NCBI GenBank assembly: GCA_951406725.2
Contig: OX597815.1
Coordinates: forward strand, 200,322,001-200,386,000
Origin: Octopus vulgaris
Taxonomy: Eukaryota
DNA: 64,000 bases
Direction of reading: 5' to 3'
Position 1 is the first letter of the stretch; each line of letters starts with the position of its first letter. The translations under genes and the position numbers were made by a program. The notes beneath the pieces are model-generated. The model worked only from the letters and a program-made list of their open reading frames with translations. It ran no database searches and was not told the origin of the DNA. Shown piece by piece: positions 28,465 to 43,029 of this stretch.

Positions 28465-29032
28465 AATTACGCGAGGGCTTATTAGTGTCAGTTTGAATGA
28501 GAAGCCGGTTTACCAATACAAGTCAATGAGAACTTCTTAGTCTAGTTTACTCACCTATTATATTATTTATAATTGCTTATATCTCGTTAAACTTAGTACA
28601 TCGTTTAAAATTGATCACGCAAATAAAATAAGTAATTATGTTGCAAATGATTTCTCCATGGTTATTAGCTCTGTCTCTAAATTAAACTGGCTTGAATTGT
28701 GAATAATCTCTAGATACAGCTTAAATTAAGCAGTATATTTGTTTTCACTTATTTATGACACTCTTTATGGAAAAATTGAATGTCGAGTGGCATGAGTCTT
28801 CAGTGAAATTATCATACTAATCACAAATCTGATGTTAGTTGATGGTTTAAATAAGTATCTAATACTGTAAGTTAGCTAAGTATCTCGAAAATATGACAAG
28901 GAAAACTTAGTGCATATGCATATCGAGGGCTGTAAAAATGAAATTAATTGAGAATACAAGCCGCTTAAGTTACTATATAACAACCAATAAGTTATAAAAT
29001 ATCTACCAGGCAATACTTCATATGCACAAGTA

Positions 29033-29553
29033 CCGTAAATCCTCGAGTATAATCCGCCTTTTCTCTCCAAAATTTAAAGCTCAAAATCCCTAGTGCGTAC
29101 TATATGCGAGGTTAAAAATGAAAAAAAATTCCTAAGCAATGTCCGAGTCTCTATTTGCAGTCCAGCACTGTTTATTCAGACGCATTTTGTGATGTCGGAT
29201 GCGAAAATACCTTAAGCTAAACCTGGAAGTAATGAAGTTATAAAAGAATCATCCACAACTTGCAGTAAGCAACATTTATCAAACGTTATTACTGTTATTA
29301 CTGTTATTTCTTTATTTTCTGCAAACAAAATGCACAAAAAAGCTACACGTTTGCATTATGTTATATATACAATAATAATAAAGGACGTTACCGTATACAT
29401 TTTTACAAACCAAGGGCGTTATATAGACCTCCTTGACTCAAGTTAGAGAAGGGGTGCGTATTATACACAAGGTTTAGGTTTTTCAGAGGTACAGCCCCCT
29501 AAAAATCCCCTGCGTATTATACTCAGGCGCGGACTATACTCGAGGATTTACGG
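29033..29553. mobile_element. Tc2/pogo-type MITE (Tc1/mariner superfamily), 521 bp
   Basis: TA|CCGTAAATCCTCGAGTATAATCCGC..GCGGACTATACTCGAGGATTTACGG|TA: 25-bp TIRs with one mismatch, TA TSD, subterminal TGCGTAYTATA repeats. Confidence 0.92.
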
Positions 29554-30158
29554 TATGTATTCAGTTATGGTTCTAGTAGTTTTAATCTTGGGATGCGGTC
29601 CTACTGGGCTACCCTCTTTGAAGGATTCACTTGATTACTTGAAACAGAGTATTTGATATTATGATCGCTGTAAAAAAAAAGAGACAGCATGGTTTAAAGC
29701 TCAATGGCAAATGCAGAACAGACTAAAACAAGCAAGTTTATTTGATGCACCAGGTTTTCTTCTGTCTTATCACAGTCGACCTCCTGTCTCTAAAAGAATA
29801 TAGCCTTCTGCTTAATGACATAACAATTCCAGAGAATGTTTGGTTTTTGAGATTATCTACCCTTCTCATCTACAGCCGGGCTTGCACCAGGCGTTTGTTT
29901 GCATTCTATTTTAGCTATACCAAGAATTTAACTATTATGGTATTTATACAACTGACCTTTGTACCTTCCTTTCTCAACTAAATTCCTCATATACGACAGC
30001 AACGTTTTGTTCAGCTCACCTGGAAGCGAAGTAAATTTCGATAAAATATCTCGGTTTTCAACATTTTATTTTCATTTTTTGTTCAAGTTTATACCACTGG
30101 ACACAGTATGAATAATTTTCCACATTCAAATTATGATATTATATATGTATGCAGTTAA

Positions 30159-30200
<42 letters not shown>

Positions 30201-30406
30201 GTGTGTGTCTGTGTGAGAGTGGCAAGTATATTTGTATAACTGCATGTATGTGAGTCCTTGTGTGTGTATGTGTGTGTGTGTATTTGTGCGCCTGTGTTTG
30301 TGTGTCTGTATGTGTATACATATATACATACATACATACATACGTACACACATACATAGATACATACATACATACATACATACATACATACATGCATGCG
30401 CATACA

Positions 30407-30797
30407 GTGGAGGCGCAATGGCCCGGTGGTTACAGGCAGCGGGCTCGCGGTCGAGGGATTGCGTTTTCGATTCCCAAACCGGGCGATATGAGTGTTTATT
30501 GAGCGAAAACACCTAAAGCCCCAGCAAGCGTCGGCAGGGAGTGGTGGCGAACCCTGCTGTACTATTTCACCACAACTTTCTCTCACGTTTTCTTCCTGTT
30601 TCTGTTGTACCTGTATTTCAAAAGGCCAGCCTTGTCACACACTGTGTCACGCTGAATCCCCCTGAGAACTACGTTAAGAGTACACGTGTCTGTGGAGTTC
30701 TCAGTCACTTACACAATAATTTTACAATCAGGTTCTTCTGTTGATCGGATCAACTGGATGAAACCTTCGTCGTCGTAACCGACGGGGTGCCACGACA
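30407..30797 (+). mobile_element. OR1-like SINE, more diverged
   Basis: Colinear with 28080-28464. Confidence 0.88.
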
Positions 30798-31113
30798 CAC
30801 ATACATACAAGCGTATGTCAATAGGCATTGCTTTGTTGGGCTCCATATCATTAAGTCATAAGTTCGATTTCTTGACTGTACCGTATACACGAACAGGACA
30901 CCTCAGCTTTTGTTCTTTTAGCCAACTTCATTCAAACGAATACCAGCTGACTACTGGTACATCGCACCTTCCTTTCAACTGTCACATTTGAAATTTGTTG
31001 ACCGTTCCAAGACTGGAAGGACAAAGAGACGCCATTCCTATCTACACGCGACTATCTTGACAAATAAACCATTAGTAAAAGCATAGCACAGATCTCTACT
31101 CGCTTGCCGGGTG

Positions 31114-31171
<58 letters not shown>

Positions 31172-32682
31172 TTAAGTATACACACGTAATTGTTTCTCAA
31201 ATATTGAGAAATTTTCTAGCTGCATTCCTCAACTTTATATATATATTCACACAAGCTCACATGTACAAACTTTGCAGTTGCGTTAATGGTATCTGTTTAA
31301 AACGAAAACTAAGAAGATATTTATATGCCTATATGTACAGTAATGGTTGATAATCTGCAGATATATATTCAAGTATTGGAGAACTTTAAAACAAAACTCT
31401 GAAAAAATAACCAGTAACTAATCTATTTATCAAACGAATCATTTTTGGAGTATTTGACATATCTACAACTTGGTTAAAGTACATGAATTTGTCATGGTTT
31501 GTAAGCAGTACCTGTACGGAAAGTTAATAGTGGTTCTCACTTTCAGCTAAAACTTAAATAATCCAGTCGATCGCGACTGTCCTGGCCATGAAGATATTTT
31601 ATATACTGACAAAGTATTTATATCTCTCCATACGTACCGTAATGGGTTAAAAGAACAATACTGCATTTCACACTGTTTGTCGGTATACATGACTATAGAG
31701 ACATGTATACTTATATATAAAGAAAATATGCATTCATTTATTCGTAAACGCATTCGTACACAGGAATAAGATCACTCACACTAAAACACGGAAACACTGC
31801 ATATGCACAGTGGATGAAAAGGGAAAAAAACAAACATAGAATAAGATATACCTTGAAACAATCCAAAGCATATAGAAAAATGGTTAAAAACAAGAACAGA
31901 CAACATTACGAAAAGAACAACAAGAACATCAACAACCATCTAGAATTTCCTTTATCGTATAATCTCTTACTTCACATCTTTGATGGCATATGTTAAGTCT
32001 GAGCCAATAAACTGGCTGTATATTTTCGGCCAAGAGCTGTAGTAAATATGGTGTATCTGTATTAAGTACACTCAGATGATGTTCACTGTGGTTCTTAGTA
32101 AATGTGCCATTATCTCATAATCATTCTCATACAGGTAGCATGAGCAATACATACTCCTGTGTCATGCACTTTTATTACCTATTACTTTCACATCACACTT
32201 GCCTTGCATCTTACAACCTGCTCTTTATTTCATACTTCGTATTTACTTCCTCTCGTAGGAAATTAACTGAAATATATTGCTTAGTGAAGAACTTTGTATT
32301 ACGTTTAATGTTTCCACTTGGTAATAACCAGCAATTCTGTACTAAAGCCTCACTACACATGTAATATATACATGCGTATATACATTCACTCATACACATG
32401 CACGCATACTCATACACACGCGGATACTTGTACACACGTTCACTCAGACACACACACACACATATTAATGTGGTGAAAATATGCAAGTTCTCTACACAGA
32501 AAGGAGACAATACACGAATGCTGATTCAAAATTCTTTTATTTAGTTTAAATTTGTCAGCAAGTTCGAAGTTTATCTGCTTCCGGTTAGTCAAACTATAGT
32601 ATAGAATTATTTGAAAATGATCTTCGTATTAAATGAAGGGAAAATATTTTAAGAGAGTAAACGCTATAATTAGATGATTAAT

Positions 32683-32860
32683 GGCACAGGTATGTCTGTG
32701 TGGTAAGAAGCTTGCTTCCCAACCATATGGTTGCGGGTTCAGTCCCAGTGCGTAGCACCTTGAATAAATGCCCGCCTACTATAAACCATGGGCAGACCAA
32801 AATGTTGTCGACGAAAGAAGACCATCGTATATATGAATATGTGTATGTGTGTGTGTGTGT
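32683..32860 (+). mobile_element. OK-like SINE, 5' part
   Basis: GGCACAGGTATG..GGTAAGAAGCTTGCTTCCCAACC..GGGTTCAGTCCC. Confidence 0.7.
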
Positions 32861-32998
32861 GCGTAAGGAAAATGAGGAGAATGAAAAATTTCAACAAACT
32901 TAATGATTATTTCCAGTTAGTGAATTCATAATGTGTGTGTGTATAAATATATATATATATATATGTGTGTGTGTGTATATATGTATTTCTATATATAC

Positions 32999-33112
<114 letters not shown>

Positions 33113-34019
33113 GCACACACATACACCCCCCACATATATATATGTACGCTTGCGTTCGTGCATATGTTTGTGTATGTGTGTATGCGTGTGTGTGTGCGTG
33201 TGTGTGTCCTTGTGCGCGTGTGTATGTGTGTGCAAATGATTGATCCTCTACTTCACAAACACAATAAACTAAGAAATATTCGTACTGCCTTAAGAAAAAA
33301 GCAGCATTTAACTTTGACATAATCAGTGTAATGTTATTCGTAGCCATCATTGATAAAATATATATATTTATACCTGCAAAAACTCAGCTCTTAATCTTAA
33401 AACGTAACTGTTCCATTCCTAATAATGTCCCTGTTCAGAGACAATGATTAACCAAAGAATCTGTTACCCACCACCTCTGCAAATACATCGAGCAAAAGTC
33501 TAGAGTTATTCAACACAAATCTAGATTTGAAAACCAAAATTTATTTTAAAAATCCACCGAAAATGTTATCTTCATTAATATGGAACATGAAAAACTATTA
33601 AGCAGTTAAATTAAAATTCAGGTCTTATATATAAATGTGGATACATACCATAAAATTAATGAGATTTCCAAACATATAAACTTTCTAAGTATTTAGCTAA
33701 CAAGCACGTACATTTTAAATATTTCTCGCGAAAAAATTTGTATCAGTTTTATATTATTTCAACTTTAAATTTATCCTGTTTATATATTTTCTTTAAAATT
33801 TACTTCGGTGTAATTCTTTCTTTTTCTCTCAACAGCCTCCCTTTGGTTTGTATTTGAGTTGTAGTAAGTTAATACTACTAAAAGATTAAGTCTGACTGCC
33901 TGTATGTTGTTGATTACTCTTGAAATGGGATTCTGGTGGTCGTGCCGGTATTAATTTGGAATTGAATTCGGATGAATTTTTGAAAAGGTTTAATTATGAA
34001 TAGAATACAGAAAAAAAAT

Positions 34020-34177
34020 GTGTGTGGTAAGTAGCTTGCTAACCAACCACATGGTTCCGGGTTCAGTCCCACTGCGTGGCACCTTGGGCAAGTGTCTTCT
34101 ACTATAGCCTTGGGCCGACCAAAGCCTTGTGAGTGGATTTGGTAGACGGAAACTGAAAGAAACCCGTCATATATATG

Positions 34178-34216
<39 letters not shown>

Positions 34217-34420
34217 CTGTGTTTGTCCCCCCTAGCATTGCTTGACAACCGATGCTGGTGTGTTTACGTCCCCGTCACTTAGCGGTTCGGCAAAAAGAGA
34301 CCGATAGAATAAGTACTGGGCTTACGAAGAATAAGTCTCGGGGTCGATTTGCTCAACTAAAGGCGGTGCTCCAGCATGGTCGCAGTCAAATGACTGAAAC
34401 AAGTAAAAGAGTAAAATAGT
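34020..34420 (+). mobile_element. OK-like SINE, young near-full copy
   Basis: Full family match ending GACTGAAACAAGTAAAAGAG. Confidence 0.88.
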
Positions 34421-34639
34421 AAAGAGAGAGAGAGAATACAGAAAAAAATGAACAGGCAATTTAAAATTCACATATTGGAGCGTGTATAACTCGATAATTA
34501 TCATTTTACATGTATATCGATATATCATTTATACTGAGTGTAGAAATATGTGTGATGCTTTTGCAGATAGGTGTCTATGTATCTTTGGGAGTACAAATAT
34601 TTTGGTAAACGTACATACTTCAAGAGTACGTACAGTAAT

Positions 34640-34840
34640 CAGGCGGCGAGTTGGCTGAATCTTTAGCACGCCGGGTAAAAGATCTTGAGGCATTCCTCAT
34701 CAGTTCAAATTCCACCGACGTCGACTTCACTTTTTATCCTTCCGAGGTCGATAAATTAAATACGAGTTAAGCACTGGGTGTGATCTAATCGACACCCCTT
34801 CAACATAATTGCTGATCCTGTGACAAAATTTAAAACCAAT
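34640..34840 (+). mobile_element. Nin-domain-like SINE
   Basis: AGGCGGCGAGTTGGC..TTTATCCTTCCGAGGTCGATAAATTAAATAC. Confidence 0.75.
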
Positions 34841-36559
34841 ATTAAGCACGGCAATTTTAGATGTTTAGGACAACCTATAGCTTCGACGTATTAAATCATT
34901 TTGATTGCTGGTTGTAGTGAAACATACTGATGTATATTGACTGCTGTGCCTTTTGGCATCTTGTTAGAAATAACATATTTGTGCAGGATTTACTTTATGT
35001 TACTTTATATATTAAGCTTTTCCGTATTTCAGCACAAAGTTCAATATAATGTTCACACACAAAAAAAAAAAAAAAACCTTCCAAGGCGTAGTTAAACTTT
35101 TAAAAAGTTAACTCGTGGACGTTTGCCTACTAATATTTATTTCCCAATCAAATGTTCTAGACTGTGTAATCCCAATATTTCATGCCCAGGTCCCTACATC
35201 GACCGTCTTATACTTATGTATCCCGTATCTTTCACAAAATCCCTTCATTAGTTCCTAGTATTAAAAGTTACACTTTCTCTCCCACCCGAATGCCCCGAAA
35301 TGGTTGGCTCAATACGAAATGAATTAAAATATCTTTATCTTTCATTAGCTTTATTTCGTTAAAAAGAAAACTGCCTCCACTTCAACATTCCGTCCTCCAT
35401 AACGGGAATATATTCCAGAGTCCAGAGCTTTCCTTCCCTGATATTCTATTCTGAAGCTCACTGAACTATTTTCTCCTTCATCTTGAAAATTCTCAATAAT
35501 ACCCTTTATTCTGTATAACATTTTATTATTTCACTCCCATTATTTTAAGAGTTCTCTTTACTCTCTTATATATCACATAGATACGACAATTTGCTTGTAT
35601 ATACTGGCAACGTATGCTTTCAGAGTTATTGCATAATTTTGCCTGAGAGAAGGCGGCAATAATTATACGTATGGATTGTAAGAATATAATCGCATTACCT
35701 CATTACTACTTTGTACACAGACATGGCCTGCTGCTACTTGAAATTATCTCTGTTTTGCTTATCATGCCTGCTTGTATACCTGCAGGCCTCTCAAGAATTT
35801 TCATGTTTCGCTAACTTTGATTGGTTATGATTCTGTTTTACAATTTTTTTTTATCTCAGGCGCTACTGATAATTTCCAACTTCATCTTCTATTTTCCTTT
35901 TTATATTTTCATTCTTCTGCAACCCAGACACCAGAAAATCAAACATCCAATTTACGCACATTCGTATCAAATTATTTTCTCTTAAGTTGATACGTAAACA
36001 CCGAGCTGATAATTCAATATTAGAGTTTGCTAAACCAGTATCAACGTAACTTGGTCGTCACTGTCAGCTAAAATATTAAAGATAATTAGGAATATATAAA
36101 CGGATACTAAAACACAAACTTATAGACATATTATATAATATATACCCGAGTTCGTGCGCGCACGTGTGTGTATATGAATATAAGCAAACATTTACTTGCA
36201 TAAATATATATGTGTATGTGTGTGTGTAAACCTGTATAAAAGTATGTATTAATGGTACCTTTAATATACTTCTACTGTTTGCAGGAGAAATTTTCTTCTG
36301 TGCATTTTGCTTTTCAGAAGAACGTGTGCGTTCATGCGAGCAGCCATCACGCAAATACCTTGTCAACAAGCTGAATAATGTACAACAATTTAAATGTCTA
36401 TTACGTAAAATTTTACAATGCAATTAAACATTTACATTCCGCAGCTAAAACAAAATTTCAGTTGTACACTTGAAAAATTTGTGTTCGCACATGTAATGGA
36501 AACGTTAACGTGAACATTGATATGTATGTGGTATTTATAAGTAAATATACATACATAAA

Positions 36560-36637
<78 letters not shown>

Positions 36638-36963
36638 CATATATTTATATATATACATACAGACATATATTTATATATATATACATACATATATTTATAT
36701 ATATACATACATACATATATTTATATATATATATACATACATACATACATATATATATACATGTATATGGGTATACATATGTATATATCGATGCATACAT
36801 ACCACACACGTAATCATACACACACATGCACACGCATGCACGCAGAGGCACATACACTCATACACACATACATACAGAAATACACAACGACACACATACA
36901 GTTTGATAGGTGCGAATGCGCGAAACTCTCGCCCTTTCTGTCACTGTTGTTTTTGCTATATAT

Positions 36964-37150
36964 TGGTTTCAAATTTTACTACGGGACCAACCAATTCATG
37001 GGAAGGGTTAAGTTACTTACATCGACAACAGTATTCGACTGTATTTATTTTATCGACAACAAAAGGATGAAAGGCAAAGTATACCTCGGCAGAGAGTTTA
37101 AGGGCGGACGAAAGGCGCAGCAATTTCTCCTGCTAATGATACTTCTATCG
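36964..37150 (-). mobile_element. Nin-domain-like SINE, degenerate
   Basis: TTTTATCGAC..AAAGGATGAAAGGCAAAGT..CCTCGGC. Confidence 0.6.
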
Positions 37151-37402
37151 AAATATTAATACATACATACATACATACATACATACATACATACATACAT
37201 ACATACATACATACATACATACCTACCTACCTACCTACCTACCTACCTACCTACCTACCTACCTACCTACCTACCTACCTACCTACCTACCTACCTACCT
37301 ACCTACCTACCTACCTACCTACCTACATACATACATACATACATACATAGATACATACATACATACATACATAGATACATACATACATACATACATGCAT
37401 AC

Positions 37403-39440
37403 AAACTCCAGAATGGAAAAACACCGTGAAGAGACATGATTGTTGAATATTGGTACAAGAAGCTAACATTCTACCGACCTAGCTGTGGCAGATACAAAAC
37501 TGATCCCAAAATGCAGAACACGCAATTGGGAAGAAGGGTGTCGCGGGGATGTGTTTATACTTTTTGTAAACCCCTTGTCATTCATGTTAAGGAGTGTATC
37601 TCACAGGTTCACAAGGAAAGAGAAATATCAAAATTACACAGTGTTTTTGTTGATGACTTAAAACTTTATACAAAGAATATACATGAGATTAGAATGAGCC
37701 TTGACGTAGTTGCAACAATTTCAAAAGATGTAGGGTTGGAGTTTGGTCAGGATAAATGTTGTTATATGGTTGTGAAAAGTGGGAAAACTATAAACCAGGC
37801 TAGAATTTCCGTCAAGGGTCTGACTGTTTCCCATGTAGCTGACGAGGAATGTTACAGGTATCTAAGAGTAGATGAAGATATATCTTACAGTGGCACCTGT
37901 AACAAAATGCGTGCCACTAAAGAATATCACAGCCAAATAAAGAACATTGGACCTCAGAACTCCCTGCATTCAATAAAATAGTGACTCAAAATATCTTTGC
38001 AGTGCCAGTAATCATACCAACATTTGGGTTGCTTGATTGGACACTTGATGAGGCTCAAGCCATTGATGGGAAAGCCCGAAAAATACTAGCATGCACACAT
38101 AATTTCCCCATAAACAGTGGTGTAGAACCGCCTCTGCCTAAAACGTAAATAAGGCAGCAGAAGCTCAACATCGATCCAAAATGCCTATGAACGTCGTATC
38201 ATTTCCCTTCGGCAACATCTTTTAACCACCAAGCGTCGACGTGTATTCCTTGACCAAGTTTGCATACAGGAAGCTGATCACATTAAGGAGTGTATCTCAC
38301 AGGTTCACAAGGAAACAGAAATATTAAAATTACATAGTGTTTTTGTTGATGACTTAAAACTTTATACAAAGAATATGCATGAGATAAAAAGGGGCATTGA
38401 CCTAGTTGCAACATTTTCAAAAGATGTAGGGTTGGAGTTTGGTCAGGATAAATGTTGTTGGAAGGCAGCTTCTTGAGCAACACTCTTTGTCTGATAACCC
38501 AGAATACATGCCCAAAGAAGTCGCACGACTCTAACGCAACATATGAGATGAAAGGATGAGCCTATATGAGCAGAAGACTATGCATGGATATGTTAGTAGT
38601 AAACTCCGTGATGATAGTAATATCGATCATCAAATCAGTTTATCACAAACGAATAGCCGGATTATTATCTTCCACTTTGAAGTGTATGCGTTTGCAATCC
38701 AGTAACAGGAGATATCAACTAAGTACCTGAGGCCTAAAAGGGATACAGATACGGGAAAAGCCGTAAAATGTGACAAGCGATGCAGACTTTGTGGAGTTCA
38801 CACTGAAGATAGATATCACTCACATCATAAGCAGTTGCCTGAAAATGTCATTACAGTATTATCTGCCAATGAGACATGGCGTTGTAACTAGGATACTCTA
38901 TAATGAAATCTGTCAGAAGGATAATCCCGAGGACAAAGAAATGAAAACCCACAATGTGGTAGAAGCCATAGACATACATGATGAAAGGGAATACTGGTGG
39001 GGTGTACCAGTGAAGACCTCAATAAAATGTAAGCACAACATATCTAATATTTTGGGATAGAGAAGAGAAACTGCGCAATTGGGGGAATTAGCTGCCCAGC
39101 AGATATTAACATAAAGTTGAAGATCAGTGAAAAAGAAAATCCCTATGCTGAACAATTGTGAAATCTACAGTTACTCTATCCAGGTTACAAGTTCAGGTTT
39201 ATACCTGCAATTATTGTGGTCCTCGGATATGTAACACACTGTCTAAATACCAATCTTGAGAAATTAGGCTTCTCGAAACCAGAAAGCAGAAAGCTAATTC
39301 GAAGGCTACAGATCCAATCCATCACTGGAACTATAAAAATCTGTAAAACTTGCCAGAAGTTTATTATTTAAATATATATGAGCCTGTCTAGATATGTAAC
39401 ACTATGCATGAGAATGCCTACATAAAACATACAAATCTGT
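37403..39440 (+). mobile_element. Decayed RLE-type (R4-like) retrotransposon, family G, embedded in (ACAT)n
   Basis: FVDDLKLY, FGQDKC, YRYL, CRLC..HIISSC, RHG; many stops; (ATAC/CTAC)n at 37160-37400 and ACATAC at the 3' end. Confidence 0.8.
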
Positions 39441-39450
39441 ACATACATAT

Positions 39451-40116
39451 ATGATGGCTGCCCCTCGTTATCGATTATGGTCTTTGCATAAGGCATAATT
39501 GTTATCGGTGCTGTGATCAAATGTGACTTTTTAGCCCAGCTAAAGATCTACAATGTCTTGTACAGAAGCGGTAGCTAAAACCTTTACCGGTAATAGCCGG
39601 CTGTAGTTGTAATTGAGCTTCATGTACCTTTGCATGTCGTTTAAATCCTCCGGCCGAATTACACTCCCTTCTACATGCCTGACAGATATGATTAGTATGG
39701 TGTGTACCACCACCATCAGCGGCCTGGTTGTCACACATCTGTCTCGCTTTATGAGTACGAAGATGACTCGTGAGTCAAGCTTTACTGAGGCAGGGTGTTG
39801 CACAAACACTGCATGTCAGCATCATAGGAAGACCCTTACCATCTCGAAGTGCATCAGCGGTGCCCTTCCTGACATCCTCCTTACTTTCTCATGCGCAACT
39901 CGAGATTTCTCAAAAGTAGCTGTCCCCTCGTACACAATCCTTTTCCACCTGCTACGATCAATAGATATGCCCTCACATGTGTCAGGAGAAATGCTAGCAT
40001 CTCTTAAGGAAGCCTTCAGCAAGTCTTTATACCTCTGTTTTGGTTTATGTGGAGGTCGTTCTCCATAAAAGAGATGTTTTGGCATCCTTGAATCTTTCAT
40101 CCTGACCGGATGACCA
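39451..40116 (-). mobile_element. RTE-clade LINE, 3' fragment with two C-terminal C2H2-like fingers
   Basis: GHPVRMKDSRMPKHLFYGE..KQRYKDLLK..DRSRW..G..FE; CQAC..FKRHAKVH; flanked by (TACA)n. Confidence 0.82.
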
Positions 40117-40560
40117 CATACATACATACACACACATACATACATACATACATACATACATACATACATACATACATACATACATACATACATACATACA
40201 TACATACATACATACATACATACACACACACACATACATACATACATACATACATACAAACATACATACATACATATAACTGATGATGGTATGAAAGGAC
40301 CTCTCACATTGCAATAGTATCAGAAGAGCTTCTAATATCTCCGTGTAGCTCCTGCAATTTCTGCATGAGGTAAGCATTTGTTTTATTTACTTCAAATATG
40401 TATGTATGTATCTGTGTGTGTTTGTGTGTTAATGCGTGTGTGCGTGTGCATACATTTCTGCTATAGCCTAGGATATTATTTCAAAACACACGGATCTGGA
40501 TTCTTTCAAACAATTGCAGAATAACATTACATCAGATATTTCTTACAGCAATCACCGTTA

Positions 40561-40629
40561 TGTCAACCATTATCTGTCAACCAAAATGTCAACCAAAATG
40601 TCAAACAATATGTCAACCAATACCTGTCA
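40561..40629. repeat. ~12-bp tandem repeat (TGTCAACCAAAA-like, about 6 units)
   Basis: Seen directly. Confidence 0.85.
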
Positions 40630-41192
40630 CAAGCCTGTTTGCTTAAGCCGCACTGTTCCGTTGAGATGGAATTCAAGAATTGAGAAGGAGTAGAAATGGA
40701 AGCAGCAATGACGTAGTTTAAGTAATGGCTATAAAAATATATAATATTATAATAAAGAAACACAATACCGAATAGAAATGGCTTGCAATATATCGAATAA
40801 CCAGTAAATACTAAGAAAAGATTAAGTGACTCTTAGTTCGTAAAGAAGTATACAAATTAGTATGAGATTCTGATAAATCGACAGATTGCGTAGTCTTGAA
40901 AAAAAATTAAGTGTTATGGAGATGTGGTCATACTATGCATAGAGTGAAAGAGAAGGAGCACCGAGAACAAATATTGTGTTGAATAATACAAGTGCACGTG
41001 TGTGATAATTTGATATAGATGTGGTATAAATTTGCTGAATTTAAGTAGGTATTTCGTGGAGGCAATGTAGTCAATATATATTACATACGCATATGTATAT
41101 TGAGCTACAAATATGTGCGCGTGTGTGTTTTTGTGACTGTATGACTATAAACGCATCATACATTCAAGTGCATACATACATACCTCCCTTAT

Positions 41193-41224
<32 letters not shown>

Positions 41225-41303
41225 GTGTGTGTGTGTATATATAAACATACATACACACGCATACACATATATGTTATTTTTATATATTTACATATATATG
41301 TGT

Positions 41304-41337
<34 letters not shown>

Positions 41338-42473
41338 ATATACATATGTATACATACATATATATATATACATATACATATATATACATACATACATATA
41401 TGCATACATACATATATATATATACATATGTATACATACAAACATACATACATATATATATACGTATATATACATACAAACATACATACATATATATATA
41501 CATATATATACATACAAACATACATATATATATATACATATATATACATACAAACATACATACATATATATATATACATATATATACACACAAACATACA
41601 TACATATATATATGTGTGTGTGTGTGTGTTTATATGTATATATATATATGGCTATAGATATAGATATGGTTGTATATTCTGAGATTATATATCTTTAGCA
41701 CTATTTGCAAAATGTGCAGAAATCATACAAGAATACAAGAAAAGTGTTAAAATTAAAACAGGAGAAGCAAACAATAACAAAAATTTCATTCTTCCTTAAC
41801 TGCTCCTATTTCTGTTTTTTTTTTCTTCTTCTTCTCCATGCATTTTAGGGATTTTAAACACGTCATCATATCTTAATCGTTTGTTAAAAACTGCCTACTT
41901 GAGAGTTTTTGCTATAACTCTTAAACATGGTTTCCTGCACGGAAAAAAAAATAAAATATTTAAGATGATATTTAATAGATAAAATAAATTGCATAGATTT
42001 ATTGCTAAAAAAAACCCATAAAATAAATATTTGAATGTTTAAAATTTCATGTAAATGGATAAAAAATCAATAGAGATATTCAAAAATGTATAAAAGAAAC
42101 AAGAAAAACACCTCATAAATCATTGGTAAAATAAATAAAAATGAATGTTTTACAATCATCCTATACATAATAGTCGAAATGTAAAACACTTTAACGGATG
42201 TTTCGCTTTTTTTCTGCTAATATTTTATTCTTATTTTATACATCAGAGAGCTTCTGGCCAAATTAGCGAGCCAAACTTGATTTAGATTAAATATTTTAAC
42301 TAAATAATTAATAATAGTCCAAATGACGTTTCTTATTAGCTGTTTGCCCTCTTGAATGAACATTTCAATTAATTAAGAATCGAGAAATAGCGTTTAAATT
42401 AGAACAAATTGAAAATTATACATACGTACATACACACACTCTCTCTCTCTCTCTCACACACACACATATATGT

Positions 42474-42526
<53 letters not shown>

Positions 42527-42693
42527 CAGATGATGGCTTTCTCAATTGTTTGAAAAGGAAACCAAAAGCTAAAATAAAAAGTAAATGATTTCACATTGGT
42601 GGTATTTAATTTTAATTAAGCAATAATAACAATAACAAAATCAATAATAACGTGAGCAATGACACTACTACTACTACAACTAGTAGTAGTAGT

Positions 42694-42725
<32 letters not shown>

Positions 42726-42943
42726 TAGTAGTAGCGAGAACGACTTCTTGTAAAATCTATGACGTAAAGACATTAAAAATATGGACAGATAACATCAACA
42801 GCAACAACAACAACAACAACAACAATAATAATAATAATAATATTAATAATAATAATTTTAATAATAATAATAATAATAATAATCATAATTTTAATAATAA
42901 TCATAATTTTAATAATAATCATGATTTTAATAATAATAATAAC

Positions 42944-43023
<80 letters not shown>

Positions 43024-43029
43024 TAATGA

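Noticed and set aside
40280-40305. CTGATGA hammerhead-like core
   Set aside because: No stem II followed by GAAA in the right register.
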